DNA of 64,000 nucleotides from Trichodelitschia bisporula (Eukaryota): NCBI GenBank assembly GCA_010356995.1, contig ML996692.1, positions 186,001 to 250,000 of the forward strand, read 5' to 3'. Shown piece by piece: positions 60,700 to 64,000 of this stretch (position 1 is its first letter; each line of letters starts with the position of its first letter). The notes under the pieces were generated by a model. It saw only the letters and a program-made list of their open reading frames with translations, ran no database searches and was not told where the DNA came from. The position numbers and the translations under genes were made by a program.

Positions 60700-63600
60700 T
60701 GCGCACCGTTCCCGGCCTGCCTTCAGACCACGAGATGCCCAGTCGGGCCTCATTCTTGCCCGTTACATTTCCGGTCCGCCCCCCCCCTGGCCTATATCCA
60801 GACCAGGCGATGCCCGGTCGGGCCTCTTTTCTACCTCTCTCATTTCCGGCCCGCCCCGCCCCTCGACCTGCCTTCACGGCGTGCGATGCCCGGTCGGGCA
60901 TCCATCCTTCGCCTCCCATCTTCGGCCCGGCCTGCCCCTCGGCATCCGTCCCCTCTCCCCTATGTCCGGTTCCAGCCTCCGTCCCCGGCGTGCACGGCAT
61001 CGATCCCATTCTCGGTCCCGCCGCTGTTTCGGCGCCAACATTCCCCCGCCCCGGCGACTTCCCAGCCAGCCTCGAGGCAGCCAGGGCGTCTTTGAATGGT
61101 TAGGATCTTTTGCCGCGCCGCCGGTCTCCCCCGATCGTCCCTCAACGAGCATTTCTACGTTTCCATTCACGCTCCGGCCCGTCCTCGCCATCCCACAGCA
61201 GCTTGGGATGTCCGGTCCGGATAGCCCACGCTCGTAATGATTCCCTCGCCCCGGCAGCGTCACAGCCCGCCCAGGGCTAGCCAGGATCCTCATCCACAAA
61301 AGGCATCTTTTGCTGCGGTGACGGTCAGGTGACAATCTCCCCCACTTAATTCCGCTGCCGCGCGGGCGGTTCCTCGGCATTTGGTGAGGCAGGGCTAATC
61401 TCTGGTCTGGGGCTCGACTCTGGACTGCTATTTCCCCGGCGAGCCGGCGGGGGCGGCTCATCGTAGGCCAGTCAGGGGTCCAAAACCGTCCGCATAATCT
61501 TTTGCTGCGGCGGCGGTCGGGCCATCCTTACCACCATTCAATTCCGCTGCCGCGGCGGCGCTTCCCACCGCGCGTTGCTCGGCATTCCGTCAGGCAGCGC
61601 TCTCTGTGGTCTGGGGCCCGACCTTCAACTGCTATTCCCCCGCCCCGGCCGCGGTCCCGGCTCATCTCGGGCCAATCAGGCCCCCCATACACATACAGTA
61701 TCTTTTGTCGCGGTTCGCGGTTCCCAGCCCGCCACTTAGCATCGATAAGATAATGAAGCACACCATGTGCGGTGCGGCGTCCGTCCCTCCGTATTTTGCC
61801 GATAGTTTGGATTCCCGGCCCGGCCGGCAACGCCGGCATACTATTCCTCCGCCACGCCCGCGGCTCTAGGTTATCTCGGACCAGTCAGGGGCGGAACCCA
61901 CCCCTGAAATCTTTTGCCGCGGCGGCGGTCTCCACCAGTCGTCCCTCGGCATTTTGCCGAGACTTTAGATACCCGGCCTGGCGGGCGACTCAAGCATACT
62001 ATTCCTCCACCGCGCCCGCGGCTCTAGGTCATCGCGAGCTAGTCAGGCGCGCAACCCATCATTCACATTTTTTGTCGCGGGAGTCGGTTCCCAGTCCGCC
62101 CCTTTACATCGACAAGATTATGAAGCATACATGCCCCGGTCCGACCGCCGTCACCGGCACACAGCGCGTGCATTCTCTTCTCGGTGACGCTGCCTTCGCG
62201 CTCATTCCCCTGCCGCCGCGCCGGTGGTCCCAGCCCACCTACGGCTCGGCCTGGCGTCACTTCGACCGCCTCGATTCCGCTGCCACGGGACGGTTCCTAC
62301 CGACCGTTCCTCGGGCCGCTTCATGAGCGTTGCATTCTCCGTCCTGCCCGTCCTCGGCATCCCACAGCAGCGTTGGATGCCCAGTCCGGCCTGCCTCCCA
62401 AGCACCCCGGCGGCCCAGGCTCCTCAGCCGGTCGGGCGTCCATTCCATCAGCATCATTCCGCCGCCGCGGCGGCCGTTTCAGTCCGTCTCGGGTTAGTCA
62501 GGGCCAGAAGCATCATCACCCATTGTCTTGCTGTGGCTGCGTTCCTAGCCGGTCTCTGGCCTATCCGGTCTCCGTCTCCCACGTCGAATTCTGCTGCCGG
62601 AGTGGCGGTTCCCACGGCCCGTTCTCGGTAAAATTCAAAACTCTGCTATGTCTGGTCGGGCAGTGTACACTTCGCCCTCATTCTCTCGCCGCGGCGGCGT
62701 TTCTGACCCGTCTCAGGGCAGTCGGGCAAGGCTCTAACAAATTCTCCTCCAGCCGCGGCGGCGTTCCAAGTCCGTCTTCGAGCTAGTTAGGGCGGGCAAT
62801 CACTAATCCAGAGTAATTCGCCGGCGGCGGCGGCGGCTTCCACGCCGACCTCGGTATCACCGACACGACATCGGCATACCCTGTCCGGCCCTCTTCGCCT
62901 GAACGTGATTCTCCGGCCCCGGCGGGGCTTGCAGCCCGTTTCTGGACCTGTTTAGTTTTTTTCAACTTTCACTCCATTCCGCCGCCGCCGCCGCGTTCTG
63001 GCCCGTCTTTAGGCTAGTCGGCGGCAATCCAATTGTCCACAATTCTGCTGCCGCAGCGGGGGTCCCCACCGCCTGTCCGTCGGCGGCCCGTTGAACATTG
63101 GCACGCCCGGTCCGGTGCTCCACCTTCTACCGCCATGTCCGGTCCGGCCTAGAAGCGGTTATAGGTATTCTCCTATCTCGTAGGCGCTTCTAGCCCGTTC
63201 CCCGGCTAGTTACGCTCCGATACGCCATCCCCCATTTTCCTGCCGCGCCGGCGGTCCCGACCCGTCTCAGGCCAGCCAGGCGTTGCTACCTGCAGCCAAA
63301 TTCCGCTGCTGCGAGGTAGTTTCCACCGGCCATCCCTCGGCGCCCCATCCGACCTCACCATGCTTGGTTCGGCACCCTATCTCCACCCATAATGTCTGGC
63401 CTGGGTCCTGTGCCGGCAGCTCAATCGCCTTGCTGCAGCAGAGTTGTCATTCCCCTCGGCCAGGTCAGGGGCGTTTGACCAAAGAAGTTGTCTTTGGCAA
63501 TGAGGGCTCCCACTACGCACCCCTCGGAGCTCTATGCTCCAGATCCATGGCCGTCCGGCACTCTACAAACCTGCTTCATGACCGGTCCGGCGCCCCGCCT

Positions 63601-64000
63601 TTTCTTGCTACGTCTGGTTCGGCCTTGGACGGGTTGAAAACACTCTCCTACCGCTACGGCGTTCCCACCCCATTCGTAGGCCAGTCAGGGACTATATCCG
63701 AGTCTGAACATTCTCCGTAGGCGGCGGCGCTCCCACTGCTGATCCCTTGGTACCCCGTACAACATCGGCATGCCCGGTCCGGCGTGTTCTTACGAGCTAT
63801 CAGGCCCCGTTCGGCCTTCCAACCTATTGCCAGTATTCTCCTGCCTCGGCAGAGTCCCCATCCTCCCCACGCCCAGTCAGGATCGTCGAAGTCATCAAAC
63901 ATTCTCTGCCGGCGGTCGCGTTTCCTACCGCCCGTTCTCGGCATATGCTACAGCCATGCCCTGTCTGGTCCGGGTCCCTCGGTAGGAGCGCCATTTCCCT
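60700..64000. repeat. GC-rich degenerate complex repeat array (75-bp triplication, about 195-bp tandem duplication, many 40-60-bp subunits); runs to the window end
   Basis: Recurrent ATCTTTTGCYGCGGCGGCGGT, AATTCCGCTGCCGCGG and GGYYAGTCAGGG motifs; no sustained ORF. Confidence 0.75.

Noticed and set aside
60700..64000. CRISPR array or transposon interpretation of the repeat region
   Set aside because: Eukaryotic context; repeats are degenerate without unique fixed-length spacers; no cas, transposase, RT, LTR or TIR seen.

Overview
Gene-dense eukaryotic DNA from a filamentous ascomycete (Pezizomycotina). Most introns are short (about 43-70 nt), GT-AG, with CTRAC-type branch points, so the ORF track fragments most genes; I re-assembled exons by eye. 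Conserved genes: Tos4-like FHA protein, ubiquitin-L40, Rrn7, eIF5A, Vps52, ChsD-type chitin synthase, Rrp7, Gwt1, Sfr1/Mei5, DHA1 MFS transporter, carboxylesterase, MDP-1 phosphatase, Rmd8/Sif3, lipin (Pah1), an FN3/coiled-coil protein, a catalase-fold protein and Tma23, plus two intron-containing tRNA-Lys genes. The most interesting observations are: (1) an intronless secreted protein with a Pro/Lys repeat, Kex2 sites and a C-terminal domain with a CheD/CNF1-like Cys-His deamidase pattern (35150-36067); (2) a catalase homologue that keeps the distal His and proximal Tyr but has replaced the catalytic Asn and channel Asp/Phe, so it may have another activity; (3) three acidic, Trp-rich orphan genes (one possibly a pseudogene) in an accessory-looking block starting beside a tRNA; (4) a silk-like Gly/Ala secreted protein; (5) a start codon split by an intron; (6) a GC-rich higher-order repeat array of more than 3 kb at the right end. 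All family assignments come from recognising motifs; no database search was run.
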